Positions 1 through 8,227 are shown, counted from the stretch's first letter. The stretch: DNA of 64,000 nt from an uncultured Bacillales bacterium (GCA_946612115.1 CAMOEI010000006.1:11484-75483); one strand, 5' to 3'. Translations and numbers: made by a program. The notes: generated by a model from the letters alone, not told the origin.

Positions 1-73
1 AGAGCAGGTAAAAACCTGTTCTTTTATTTTTATTTGAATAATCGCTCTTAGTTAGTTAATATATTATTCGCTT

Positions 74-149
74 GGGTCTGTAGCTCATCTGGGAGAGCGC
101 ATCGTTCGCAACGATGAGGTAGCCGGTTCGATCCCGGTCAGATCCACCA
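74..149 (+). tRNA. tRNA-Ala (anticodon CGC)
   Basis: 76-nt cloverleaf. Acceptor stem GGGTCTG/CAGATCC with the G3:U70 Ala identity pair. D-arm GCTC...GAGC, anticodon stem CATCG/CGATG with loop TTCGCAA (anticodon CGC at 107-109), T-arm GCCGG-TTCGATC-CCGGT, discriminator A and encoded CCA. Confidence 0.9.
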
Positions 150-253
150 GAATGAAATAAATTTGTAATTATCTAAATCTAATTATTCTAAATAGAACAA
201 AACCTTCTATCCCCAATAATTAATCCCTAGATAACTACAGCCAACAATAAAAT

Positions 254-280
254 AGATCTACTAACCATAGATCTTTTTTT
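254..280 (+). terminator. weak intrinsic terminator after the tRNA
   Basis: AGATCTA-ctaacca-TAGATCT hairpin followed by TTTTTTT. Confidence 0.45.
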
Positions 281-284
281 ATAC

Positions 285-575
285 CTTCTCACCTATACTA
301 ACCCACCTGCCCAGCCTGCCTAATATAGCTTTCATACTATCTTCAACCTGCACCTGCCACACCAGCCTTCCACCTATATCCTTATATATATAATATATAG
401 CCACCTCACCAGCCGCCCTCGCACCAGACTCATTTCAGCAAGCCAAACAAGCTCACCAGCCAGCCATTCCAGCCAGCCTAAGCAAATGCCTGCCGCCCAG
501 CTCAACTCGCCCCAGATTGGCTCCCGCAAAAAAGCTCAATTCGCCCGCTCGCAAACTCAGCCCGCCGCTGCATAA
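285..575 (+). other. CA-rich, G-poor strand-skewed non-coding tract (possible ncRNA or decayed element)
   Basis: About 290 bp made of ccagcc/caccag/ccacc motifs with almost no G on the + strand, in a ~30% GC genome. No ORF of 60 aa or more on either strand. A (TA)n stretch lies at ~383-405. Confidence 0.4.
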
Positions 576-692
576 TAATGAATGGAAGCTTTTGGCCAAA
601 ACAGAATAAATGCATCTGGCCAGGCACAAAATTGTCGATGGATAAACTCATTCATTCGACTTTGCATAAAAGACATCATCCAGTAAGATTAG

Positions 693-719
693 CAGCCTTC
701 GGGTTGCTTTTCTTTTGGT
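693..719 (+). terminator. intrinsic terminator-like hairpin
   Basis: GCAGCC-TTCG-GGTTGC (UUCG tetraloop, one G-U pair) followed by TTTTCTTTTGG. Confidence 0.45.
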
Positions 720-773
720 CCACGGGGTACTTTCGGGCGAGCTGTGGCTGTATTTGTCACTTGTGGAGAGACG

Positions 774-936
774 TATAATGCATGGGCCGTATTGTATAGT
801 ATTGGCGTAAGGTGCGAAGCCATTACTTTGTAAAACTTCTACTTAACTCTTCAACTTTCTAAAAAACTCGCACCTTATAAACATCTACGAAGGCCGTCTG
901 TTCATTCTGTTCTCAGGCGGTTTTCTTTTTTTGTGT
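774..936 (+). ncRNA. candidate small RNA (about 150 nt)
   Basis: Perfect TATAAT at 774-779 (weak -35). Long-range 9-bp stem AAGGTGCGA (809-817) / TCGCACCTT (868-876). Intrinsic terminator CCGTCTG-loop-CAGGCGG plus a T-run at 892-936. No coding potential with an RBS. Confidence 0.3.
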
Positions 937-999
937 TTTTTTGTTCGATCATCAGCGTGAACACGACATAATACGAATAGAGACTTTTATGCAAAACAA

Positions 1000-1112
1000 G
1001 ATGGATGAGTTTGTGTAACTACATAAATTGTCGTTGTCCAAAGTCACTTATTCAAAATTGGACAAAAAGACTTATCCAGAATAGATTAGGCCTCTTTAGA
1101 GGTCTTTCTTGT
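1000..1112 (+). repeat. repeated ~115-bp element, copy A (palindrome plus terminator)
   Basis: Near-identical to 3073-3187. Contains the inverted repeat TTGTCCAA (1034-1041) / TTGGACAA (1058-1065) and a terminator AGGCCUC-UUUA-GAGGUCU with a U-tract (1088-1112). Confidence 0.7.
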
Positions 1113-1195
1113 AATTGAGTGCATAAAAACTGTGAGAAGCATTTGATTTACTGCATATAAAACGATAAAATATATGCAGAAAGTGAATTGATGTT

Positions 1196-2251
1196 ATGCA
1201 TAAATATACTTACGAATTTTTAAAAGATAAAACAATTACTTCCAATCTTTTTTCTTTATCAAATATCATTACGGATTTAAAAAGCAAAACAGATGAAAAA
1301 AAAGATTCAAACAAATCACTTTTTTCTAAGTTAGAAACGATCGCTATTAAAGAATCCGTTGAAGGCAGCAACGCTATTGAAGGTATTTTTACGACTGATC
1401 AAAGAATCAAGGAGATTATTGAAAATAATAGTGAACCATTAACTCATAATGAAGAAGAGATTGCTGGCTACCACGACGCTATTAAATTTGTAAAAGAGAA
1501 TTATGAGCATCTTTCCTTTAATGAAGAGACAATTAAAAGAATACACGCCATGCTTGTTTCTAGACATATTGGATACGATAGAGGCGGACAATATAAAACT
1601 AGTGACAACGTAATTGCTGAAAAGAATAATAATGGAACAATTAAACGTGTTATTTTTGTTCCAACCAAAGCAAGTGAAACCGAAAAAGCGATGAGTGATT
1701 TGTGTTTAGCTTATCAAGTTTATAGAGACGATTATGATATTCCTGCGCTTTTATTAATCCCGTGTGTAATTGTGGATTTCCTTTCCATTCACCCATTTAG
1801 CGATGGTAATGGTCGTGTTTCTAGACTCTTAACGTTATTGCTCCTTTATAAAGAAGGCTATGATATTGGCAAATATATATCATTTGAAAATCAAATCAAT
1901 AAATACAAAAGTAATTATTATGATGTTTTAGAAAGAAGCCAAAATCATTGGCATGAATCTAAAAACACATATTACCCATTCATAGAATTTACATTTCAGA
2001 TTCTTTATCAATGTTATAAAGAGATTAATAGAAGATTTATTAAAACCAAAAGTGGAAAAGATAAAAAGAACGAGCGAATTGAGGCTATTGTTTTAGATAG
2101 TATAGTTCCAATTTCTAAAGCCGATATTCAAGAGTTACTACCTGATGTTTCAGTGACCACAATTGAGGCTGTTTTAGCAAAGTTAATCAAAGAAAACAAA
2201 ATATATAAAATTGGAACTTTTAAAAACGCTAAATATTTAAAGAATAAATAG
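1196..2251 (+). CDS. Fic family protein (class II, putative AMP-transferase)
   Basis: Canonical Fic motif HPFSDGNGRVSRLL. N-terminal inhibitory-helix motif SNAIEG matches (S/T)xxxE(G/N). C-terminal winged-helix-like tail. Confidence 0.9.
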   Translation: MHKYTYEFLKDKTITSNLFSLSNIITDLKSKTDEKKDSNKSLFSKLETIAIKESVEGSNAIEGIFTTDQRIKEIIENNSEPLTHNEEEIAGYHDAIKFVKENYEHLSFNEETIKRIHAMLVSRHIGYDRGGQYKTSDNVIAEKNNNGTIKRVIFVPTKASETEKAMSDLCLAYQVYRDDYDIPALLLIPCVIVDFLSIHPFSDGNGRVSRLLTLLLLYKEGYDIGKYISFENQINKYKSNYYDVLERSQNHWHESKNTYYPFIEFTFQILYQCYKEINRRFIKTKSGKDKKNERIEAIVLDSIVPISKADIQELLPDVSVTTIEAVLAKLIKENKIYKIGTFKNAKYLKNK

Positions 2252-2360
2252 AATAAATTTCTACTTTTAGTTGGTTTTGTTTCTCCCTAGGCAACTCAAC
2301 TAACGGTATGTATATTTTCTAATTACTAAATTCTAAAGTATAAGCGAAGGAGGAAAGATT

Positions 2361-2981
2361 ATGGACTCAATCAAAATTGGAAAGTTTATTGCTGAGAAAA
2401 GAAAAGCGAAAAACTTAACGCAACTACAATTAGCGGAACGCTTATACGTCACTGATCGCGCAGTATCTAAATGGGAATGTGGTAGAAGTTTACCAGACTC
2501 ATCAATCATGTTAGAACTATGCGAAGCGCTTGATATCAGCGTTAATGAATTATTAACTGGGGAGGTATTAGAAATGGAAACATATAACAAACAAGCAGAA
2601 GAAAACCTAATTCAAATGATTAAAGAAAAAGAAGAATCAGACAAAAGACTTCTTAATCTAAAAATAGTGTTAGGCATCACTGGAACTTTGTTCTTATTAG
2701 CGATGCTGTTTACTGGAATATTAGGTTATCAATATTTAGGATTACCATTATGGGCGATGATTCTAATGGTGTCAGTGGGTTTTGTTGTCTTTATGGTTGC
2801 AATATTATTCTGTGTGCTTATTGAGCAAAAAGCCGGATATTATGAATGCAAAGAATGCCATCAAACATTTGTTCCTACTTATTTACAAGTATTATTCGCT
2901 CCACACATCAATAGAACAAGATATATGAAATGCCCACATTGTGGCAAAAGAGCGTACCAAAAGAAAGTGATATCAAAATAG
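2361..2981 (+). CDS. XRE-family HTH regulator fused to a transmembrane region and a C-terminal Cys4 zinc ribbon
   Basis: N-terminal HTH (LTQLQLAERLYVTDRAVSKWECGRSLP), two or three hydrophobic helices, and a C-terminal CKECH...CPHCG motif. RBS GGAGGAAAG precedes the ATG. Confidence 0.8.
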   Translation: MDSIKIGKFIAEKRKAKNLTQLQLAERLYVTDRAVSKWECGRSLPDSSIMLELCEALDISVNELLTGEVLEMETYNKQAEENLIQMIKEKEESDKRLLNLKIVLGITGTLFLLAMLFTGILGYQYLGLPLWAMILMVSVGFVVFMVAILFCVLIEQKAGYYECKECHQTFVPTYLQVLFAPHINRTRYMKCPHCGKRAYQKKVISK

Positions 2982-2985
2982 AAAA

Positions 2986-3013
2986 CAGCCGAGTGAAATA
3001 TCTCGGTTTTTTC
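2986..3013 (+). terminator. intrinsic terminator of the XRE gene
   Basis: AGCCGAG-loop-CTCGGTT hairpin plus a T-run. Confidence 0.6.
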
Positions 3014-3072
3014 TTATTCGCGAATAGGCTTTAACACGACAAAATATGGATAGGTAGATTTAGACAAAAGTG

Positions 3073-3187
3073 GATGGATGAGTTTGTACAACTACAAAAA
3101 ATGTCGTTGTCCAAAGTCACTTATTCAAAATTGGACAAAATGACTTATCCAGCATAGATTAGGCCTCTACGGAGGTCTTTTCTTGTG
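3073..3187 (+). repeat. repeated ~115-bp element, copy B
   Basis: Matches 1000-1112 apart from a few substitutions. Palindrome TTGTCCAA (3107-3114) / TTGGACAA (3131-3138). Terminator AGGCCUC-UACG-GAGGUCU plus a U-tract at 3161-3187. Confidence 0.7.
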
Positions 3188-3189
3188 TC

Positions 3190-3239
3190 TCGAACTCGCT
3201 ACCCCCTCGTGCGAACGAAGCTTCTCCCAACTGAGCTAA
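3190..3239 (-). pseudogene. truncated tRNA-like fragment (D-arm and anticodon-arm region)
   Basis: The reverse complement TTAGCTCAGTTGGGAGAAGCTTCGTTCGCACGAGGGGGTAGCGAGTTCGAG aligns with the tRNA-Ala at 74-149 (TAGCTCA..TGGGAGA, TCGTTCGCA anticodon-loop region, GGTAGC..GTTCGA T-arm start). It lacks an acceptor stem and a proper T-stem. Confidence 0.5.
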
Positions 3240-3312
3240 TGTCTCTTCGGTGGGGACAAAAGTTAGTAAAAAAAGTTCCATAATAAGCCTGCAAAAATCA
3301 AAGGAGCACATT

Positions 3313-3525
3313 ATGGCAAACTACTTACAACTTAAACAACAATTCAACTCAAACAAAAAATTCATTAAACAAGTTTTAAATGATCAAAAATGTCAACTCA
3401 GATTACAAGCTGAAGGTCTTTCAACATTAAATAATTTAATTAATCAAACTACTCAAAAACTTACTTCACTTCCAAAGTATGACAACTGTGAATATTCCTA
3501 TATCTTCTTTAATAATAAAACATAA
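3313..3525 (+). CDS. small hypothetical protein (70 aa, Q/N/K-rich)
   Basis: RBS AAGGAG (3301-3306) 6 nt before the ATG at 3313. Followed by a strong hairpin terminator at 3540-3566. In the same frame as the longer 3250 ORF in the track. Confidence 0.4.
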   Translation: MANYLQLKQQFNSNKKFIKQVLNDQKCQLRLQAEGLSTLNNLINQTTQKLTSLPKYDNCEYSYIFFNNKT

Positions 3526-3539
3526 ACACGAACAAAAAA

Positions 3540-3566
3540 GAACCGGATAATCGGTTCTCTACTTTT
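3540..3566. terminator. bidirectional intrinsic terminator
   Basis: GAACCG-gataat-CGGTTC hairpin flanked by an A-run upstream and a T-rich stretch downstream. Serves the convergent genes at 3313-3525 and 3591-3884. Confidence 0.55.
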
Positions 3567-3590
3567 GACGTTAAATATATTTAATGACGA

Positions 3591-3884
3591 TTATTTAGCA
3601 TCAACACTCCATTGGTATCCACATTTTCTGCATGTATTGTGGTACCAATTTTTATCATTGCTTTGATAATATCTGCTTTCAATATCATTGCTTTTACATT
3701 GTGGGCAAATAAAGTCTGATGTGATTGTGCAAGCACCACCACTAACCGCAGCTAATTGTTCATCGGAAAGTTCAATACCTTCAGACTTAGCTAAAGATAA
3801 GAGTTCTTCACTGTTTTTGCAGGCTTTAACTTTTCTAACTTGTTCTTCAGTTAATCCTTTAAGCAAATCTTTTTTCATATTCAA
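3591..3884 (-). CDS. Nif11-type double-glycine leader peptide precursor with Cys-rich zinc-ribbon-like core (paralogue 1)
   Basis: Leader MNMKKDLLKGLTEEQVRKVKACKNSEELLSLAKSEGIELSDEQLAAVSGG. Core ACTITSDFICPQCKSNDIESRYYQSNDKNWYHNTCRKCGYQWSVDAK. RBS AAAGGAGAA. Conserved operator at 3919-3938. Confidence 0.8.
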   Translation of the reverse strand: MNMKKDLLKGLTEEQVRKVKACKNSEELLSLAKSEGIELSDEQLAAVSGGACTITSDFICPQCKSNDIESRYYQSNDKNWYHNTCRKCGYQWSVDAK

Positions 3885-3918
3885 AGTTCTCCTTTGTTGT
3901 CTTTAATTTATCATAACG

Positions 3919-3938
3919 GTTGTCACAAATGTGCCACA
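3919..3938 (-). promoter_or_regulatory. conserved direct-repeat operator TGTGGCACA-TT-TGTGACAAC (copy 1)
   Basis: Identical to the element upstream of 54220. Lies ~40 bp upstream of the start codon. Confidence 0.6.
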
Positions 3939-4127
3939 GGCACTTAGAGAGAAAGCTAGTAAGCCAATGAGTGGTAATAATAATCTTTTTTTTCATAATA
4001 ATAAACCCTGTTTTTTTCTTTCTAACATTATATTTTATTTACTAATAAAAACCTAACATTTAAGAAATTAACTATAGTTTTCCTATTTATAACTTAGATT
4101 GTACAAATAGTTATGAATAAATATGTA

Positions 4128-4206
4128 AGGACAATGATATCAATATCATAGTTTGTGAAGAAAATATATTTGAACAAGCTAACGTGAGATTATAAAAAAT
4201 AATTGC
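4128..4206 (+). pseudogene. duplicated 3'-end fragment of the acyltransferase gene 6960-8204
   Basis: ~78 bp are nearly identical to 8138-8216. Both encode ...NI(K/I)VCEENIFEQANVRL* followed by the same AAAAATAATTGC tail. Confidence 0.6.
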
Positions 4207-4355
4207 GGTTGGACAATCACAAAATATTTACTTCGCAAATCAAAAAGTATAGTTTCTTGTGTTTTTTATTGAATATAGTCATTTTAAAAATTATGGTTAA
4301 AGTAATGAACATATTCTAAATATGTAAAACAATCTATTTAAAGGTGGTATTTGCA

Positions 4356-6833
4356 ATGAAAAAAACAATTGTTAAAAATGCTTCGTTATCCCTTGTTTGC
4401 TTACTAGGCGTAGGTGGACTTGTTGGACTTTCAAAATATTCTAGAAATATTGCCCAAGTTCGTGCGATAGGTGAAATTGATCTCTCCACATTAGACAGTG
4501 ACTACACTGCACATGATGGTGAAACATTAACAGGCACCATGACTGAGCATCATAAGATTTCTATTGAAGATGGAGCGACAGTTACACTACAAGATGTAAA
4601 CATAAATCTATATAGTTATAGTGACAATGATCACGAATATGCCGGAATAGAATTATTAGGAGACGGAAAACTTATTTTAAGTGGCAATAATGTTGTTTCG
4701 ACACATCATTCTAATTATGCCGCCATTTTCGTACCTAACAATAAGACAATTACAATTGATGCAGTTGATGATACTGCATCTTTAGAGTTAAACGCCACAG
4801 ATTCTCCTTACGAACACGCTTACGGCTCATGCGGTGCAGGCATTGGCGCTAATGCTACAACACCTTGCGGAAATATTATCATTGAAAAAGGCATCATTAA
4901 TGCTTATACCTGCCATGGAGCAGGGATAGGTGCCGGTGGGTTTTATGGCGGCGATTGTGGTTCTATAACCATTAACGGAGGAACTATAACATCTTATGGT
5001 GATGCTGGTGGCGGAATTGGTGGCACCGATACAGCTTCTGTCGGTAATATTACTATTAATGGAGGAAATGTCACCGCTATCAGTAACCATTATTCAGCCG
5101 GTATTGGCGGAGGAAAAGGTAATAATTGCGGAGATATTCTTATCACAGGTGGTATTGTAACCGCCACTGGTAATGGAGCATTTCCTGGCATTGGTGGTGG
5201 CGCATCTTGTGGAAACATCACCATTATGGACACTGTTGCTCTAGTTACCGCAACTAAGGGTCAAACTTCCATGTATAGTGTTGGGCCATCCGTAATGACT
5301 GACGATACTTGCGGAACCATTACTATTGGAGGAGAGGTTACAGAACCTATAACTACAAATCCTTTTGTTTACCCAATACATCACACTCATGATTGGTCGT
5401 ATACTGCAAGCGGCGCTTCTATTACTGCTGAATGTGCTAGCGCAGATTGTCCAGTTACTTCTGGTTTAACACTCACTTTAGTGGCACCTACTAATTTAGT
5501 TTATGATGGAACAGCAAAAACCGCTTCCTTCCAAACAGGTTATGATGCATCTGCTTTTAAAGATGCAACTATTGTTTATAAGAAAGACGGCGTTTCTGTC
5601 TCTCAATGTATTGACGCAGGAACTTATGAAGCTAGTGTAACTGTTGGAGGAGCAACCGCAAAACTTCAATTTGAAATTACTCAAGCTACTCCAACTGGAT
5701 ATGATGTCCCTACTGGTTTAGTGGCAACTTATGGAAATACTCTTTCTAGTGTTACTCTACCAGAACACTGGTCTTGGAAAAACCCTACTGATAAAGTCGG
5801 TAATGCAGGTGAAAGAACTCATGTAGCAATCTATACTCCAACCAATCCTAACTATCATTCAGTAGAAGAAAATGTAACCATTGATGTTGCAAAAGCAAAT
5901 CCAACTTATGAAGCACCAACCATTGATGCACCTTATAATGTTGATTTATCAACAGTTGGACTTCCAGAAGGATTCTCCTGGATGGATGGAAGCCAAAAGA
6001 CATCAACTTGGGGAGAAAACACCTTTAAAGCTAAATATACTCCAAGCGATACAGTTAACTACAACATAGTTGACAACATTGACATCAAAGTTAATGTTAA
6101 ATGGATTTTAGTAGATCCAACTGAAGGTGATGTTAGTGTTACTATTAGTGGTAGTGATAGTGAATTTACAGTTGATATCTCTGTTAAGGTTGAAGTTAAC
6201 ACTGAAGTTACTGTTGAACAAAAACGTAGTGAATACTCGGATATCGGTCGTAGATATATCAAACCAGATGAAGATATTAGCGAAATCTATTCTGTTAAGT
6301 TAATTAAGAAAGTTGGAACAACTGAAACTGAAATTCAACCTTCTGATATCAAAGAAGGAACAAAGATTATTGTTTCTATGCCTGTTCCTACCGAACTTGT
6401 TGGTCAACAATTTAGGTTACTTGAAATATTTAACTCTTCCGAGGCTAAAGAATTCAGTAATACTGAATATGCGATTACTGGTGACGGCAAAACCTTAATG
6501 GTAGAAATTGATCGTATGGGTGAATTTGCCTTTATCATTCACACTGACAGTGATAATGGATTCGTCTATACAACACCTGGGGGAGGAATTCCTGCAGTCG
6601 CGGTTGTCTTCATTGTCTTAGGTGCTATCCTTTTAGTCCTTGTTGGCGCATGGGCATTAATGATGTTTGTCTTCAATAAATGGATTAGAAGAGAAGATAA
6701 GGCTATTAGAGTATTCAAACTCTTTGGTATTAAGAAAGATGATAAATTCTTAGTTGTTTCATTCCCAGTTAAGTTTGAATACAAACTAGATAATGAAATC
6801 TTCAACACCAAGGAAGAAGCTCTTAAAGAATAA
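4356..6833 (+). CDS. surface-anchored beta-helix repeat protein (signal peptide, Gly-rich GxGAGIGG / GNITINGG repeats, C-terminal TM anchor)
   Basis: RBS AAAGGTGG precedes the ATG at 4356 (the track starts at a GTG at 4344). N-terminal signal peptide. Repeated xGxITINGGxVTA beta-helix-like units. C-terminal hydrophobic helix followed by a basic tail. Confidence 0.65.
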   Translation: MKKTIVKNASLSLVCLLGVGGLVGLSKYSRNIAQVRAIGEIDLSTLDSDYTAHDGETLTGTMTEHHKISIEDGATVTLQDVNINLYSYSDNDHEYAGIELLGDGKLILSGNNVVSTHHSNYAAIFVPNNKTITIDAVDDTASLELNATDSPYEHAYGSCGAGIGANATTPCGNIIIEKGIINAYTCHGAGIGAGGFYGGDCGSITINGGTITSYGDAGGGIGGTDTASVGNITINGGNVTAISNHYSAGIGGGKGNNCGDILITGGIVTATGNGAFPGIGGGASCGNITIMDTVALVTATKGQTSMYSVGPSVMTDDTCGTITIGGEVTEPITTNPFVYPIHHTHDWSYTASGASITAECASADCPVTSGLTLTLVAPTNLVYDGTAKTASFQTGYDASAFKDATIVYKKDGVSVSQCIDAGTYEASVTVGGATAKLQFEITQATPTGYDVPTGLVATYGNTLSSVTLPEHWSWKNPTDKVGNAGERTHVAIYTPTNPNYHSVEENVTIDVAKANPTYEAPTIDAPYNVDLSTVGLPEGFSWMDGSQKTSTWGENTFKAKYTPSDTVNYNIVDNIDIKVNVKWILVDPTEGDVSVTISGSDSEFTVDISVKVEVNTEVTVEQKRSEYSDIGRRYIKPDEDISEIYSVKLIKKVGTTETEIQPSDIKEGTKIIVSMPVPTELVGQQFRLLEIFNSSEAKEFSNTEYAITGDGKTLMVEIDRMGEFAFIIHTDSDNGFVYTTPGGGIPAVAVVFIVLGAILLVLVGAWALMMFVFNKWIRREDKAIRVFKLFGIKKDDKFLVVSFPVKFEYKLDNEIFNTKEEALKE

Positions 6834-6959
6834 ATAAATCTACCAAAATAATGGGCGTGGAAGAGATTCTGCGCCTTTTTAATGTCAATTTAATGTTATT
6901 AATTTATTGAAGAAATAGTTGGTAATTTAGATAATAAAGTAGTAACTATTGTTAAATAT

Positions 6960-8204
6960 ATGAGATATGAATTAGGTAACATGGACAAATATCCTCTTGC
7001 GGTCATGGAGACAGTGATGGAAAACGCCTCTTTTTTTAAAGCAAGTTTAGATGAAGACGTCGATGAACAAAGATTATATCAAGCAATTAAAATTGCTTTA
7101 GAATATCACCCTCTATTTAAATGCAAATTGGGCTATTACAAACAATATTATTTAGAAGATAACGATGCCGGTGAATTAAAGATATTTAATGTCGATACTT
7201 ATAATAGACCTAAAGAATTTGGTAAGAACACTAATGGATATCTATTTCAAGTTTGTTATTTTAAAAACACGATATCTTTGGAGTGGTGCCACGCAGTAAC
7301 TGATGGAAGAGGGGCCATTAGATTTTTATCGACAATATTAGATGCCTATTTTCATGTTGATTTACCAGAGATTCCAAAGGAATTTCCTCTTAAATTAGGC
7401 TTTGAAAGTATCTATGATGAATCAGTTAAATCATTTGGACAAATCAAACAACCAAAAGGATTTAACGCCAAAGATCTAAAAGTCATTAAAAATGGATATA
7501 AATGCACAAGCCATGTTTTAAAAGTTCAAACCGCAGACATCATGAAAGTGGCCAAGAAATTTGATACCACTCCTTCAGCAATCGTAGTCCCATTATTTTC
7601 TCGAGCGATTAGAGAGCATTTACCTAAGAATATTAAAAATAGAAATGTCTCATGCGGAATAGTTGTAGATTGTCGCGCTCCAATGAAAATGGACACGATG
7701 CATAATTTCATCAACACTAAAGTAATTACATACCAAGATAAATTTGATGAATTTGATTTGCAAAAAATAAGTACGATATATCGTGGGATACTCGATTTAT
7801 ATGTACTACCAGAAAACATCATTTCATCTTGTACTGAGATGAAAAAATCCACTGACTTCTTATACGACATGCGTCCGAGATTCTTTCAAAAATTGTTGAT
7901 GAAGATTGTTGGAAAGATTGTTAAAAGAACTATGGATAATATCGGGTTCACATATTTAGGAAGAGTTCCTTTTTCGGAAAAGGTAAAAAGTCATCTCATT
8001 GATTTTAATTTCCGTTCCTGGCCAGATATTGGGGACTGCGTTATTGCTGCGGTAGATTTAAACGGAACTTTAATTATCGATATATGTGAAAACTATTACG
8101 ATAAAGGTATCATCGATTCATTCATTAATATATGTAAAGACAATGGTATTAATATCAAAGTTTGTGAAGAAAATATATTTGAACAAGCTAACGTGAGATT
8201 ATAA
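6960..8204 (+). CDS. HxxxDG-motif acyltransferase (condensation / WS-DGAT / PapA5-like superfamily)
   Basis: Motif WCHAVTDGRG (HxxxDG). ~410-aa stand-alone cytoplasmic protein. Confidence 0.5.
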   Translation: MRYELGNMDKYPLAVMETVMENASFFKASLDEDVDEQRLYQAIKIALEYHPLFKCKLGYYKQYYLEDNDAGELKIFNVDTYNRPKEFGKNTNGYLFQVCYFKNTISLEWCHAVTDGRGAIRFLSTILDAYFHVDLPEIPKEFPLKLGFESIYDESVKSFGQIKQPKGFNAKDLKVIKNGYKCTSHVLKVQTADIMKVAKKFDTTPSAIVVPLFSRAIREHLPKNIKNRNVSCGIVVDCRAPMKMDTMHNFINTKVITYQDKFDEFDLQKISTIYRGILDLYVLPENIISSCTEMKKSTDFLYDMRPRFFQKLLMKIVGKIVKRTMDNIGFTYLGRVPFSEKVKSHLIDFNFRSWPDIGDCVIAAVDLNGTLIIDICENYYDKGIIDSFINICKDNGINIKVCEENIFEQANVRL

Positions 8205-8227
8205 AAAAATAATTGCAAAAAGCACAA

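Noticed and set aside
578-778. 66-aa ORF in the track
   Set aside because: No RBS. It lies inside the structured, terminator-containing non-coding region, and its composition is atypical (Cys/Trp-rich). Most likely spurious.
580-960. Possible tmRNA, RNase P RNA or SRP RNA next to the tRNA
   Set aside because: No tRNA-like 3' end with GGTTCGA...CCA, no tag-peptide frame, no RNase P P4 or SRP domain IV consensus could be recognised by eye. Only a generic sRNA call is supportable.
2333-2590. 85-aa minus-strand ORF antisense to the XRE gene, and similar antisense ORFs inside large genes (4827-5090, 5496-5684, 7526-7870, 10753-10938, 47468-47971, 51262-51627 and others)
   Set aside because: They lie fully inside well-supported genes on the opposite strand, have no RBS, and show low-complexity translations.
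3250-3525. Longer 91-aa version of the small ORF
   Set aside because: The RBS AAGGAG sits directly before the internal ATG at 3313. The upstream part overlaps the tRNA-like fragment.
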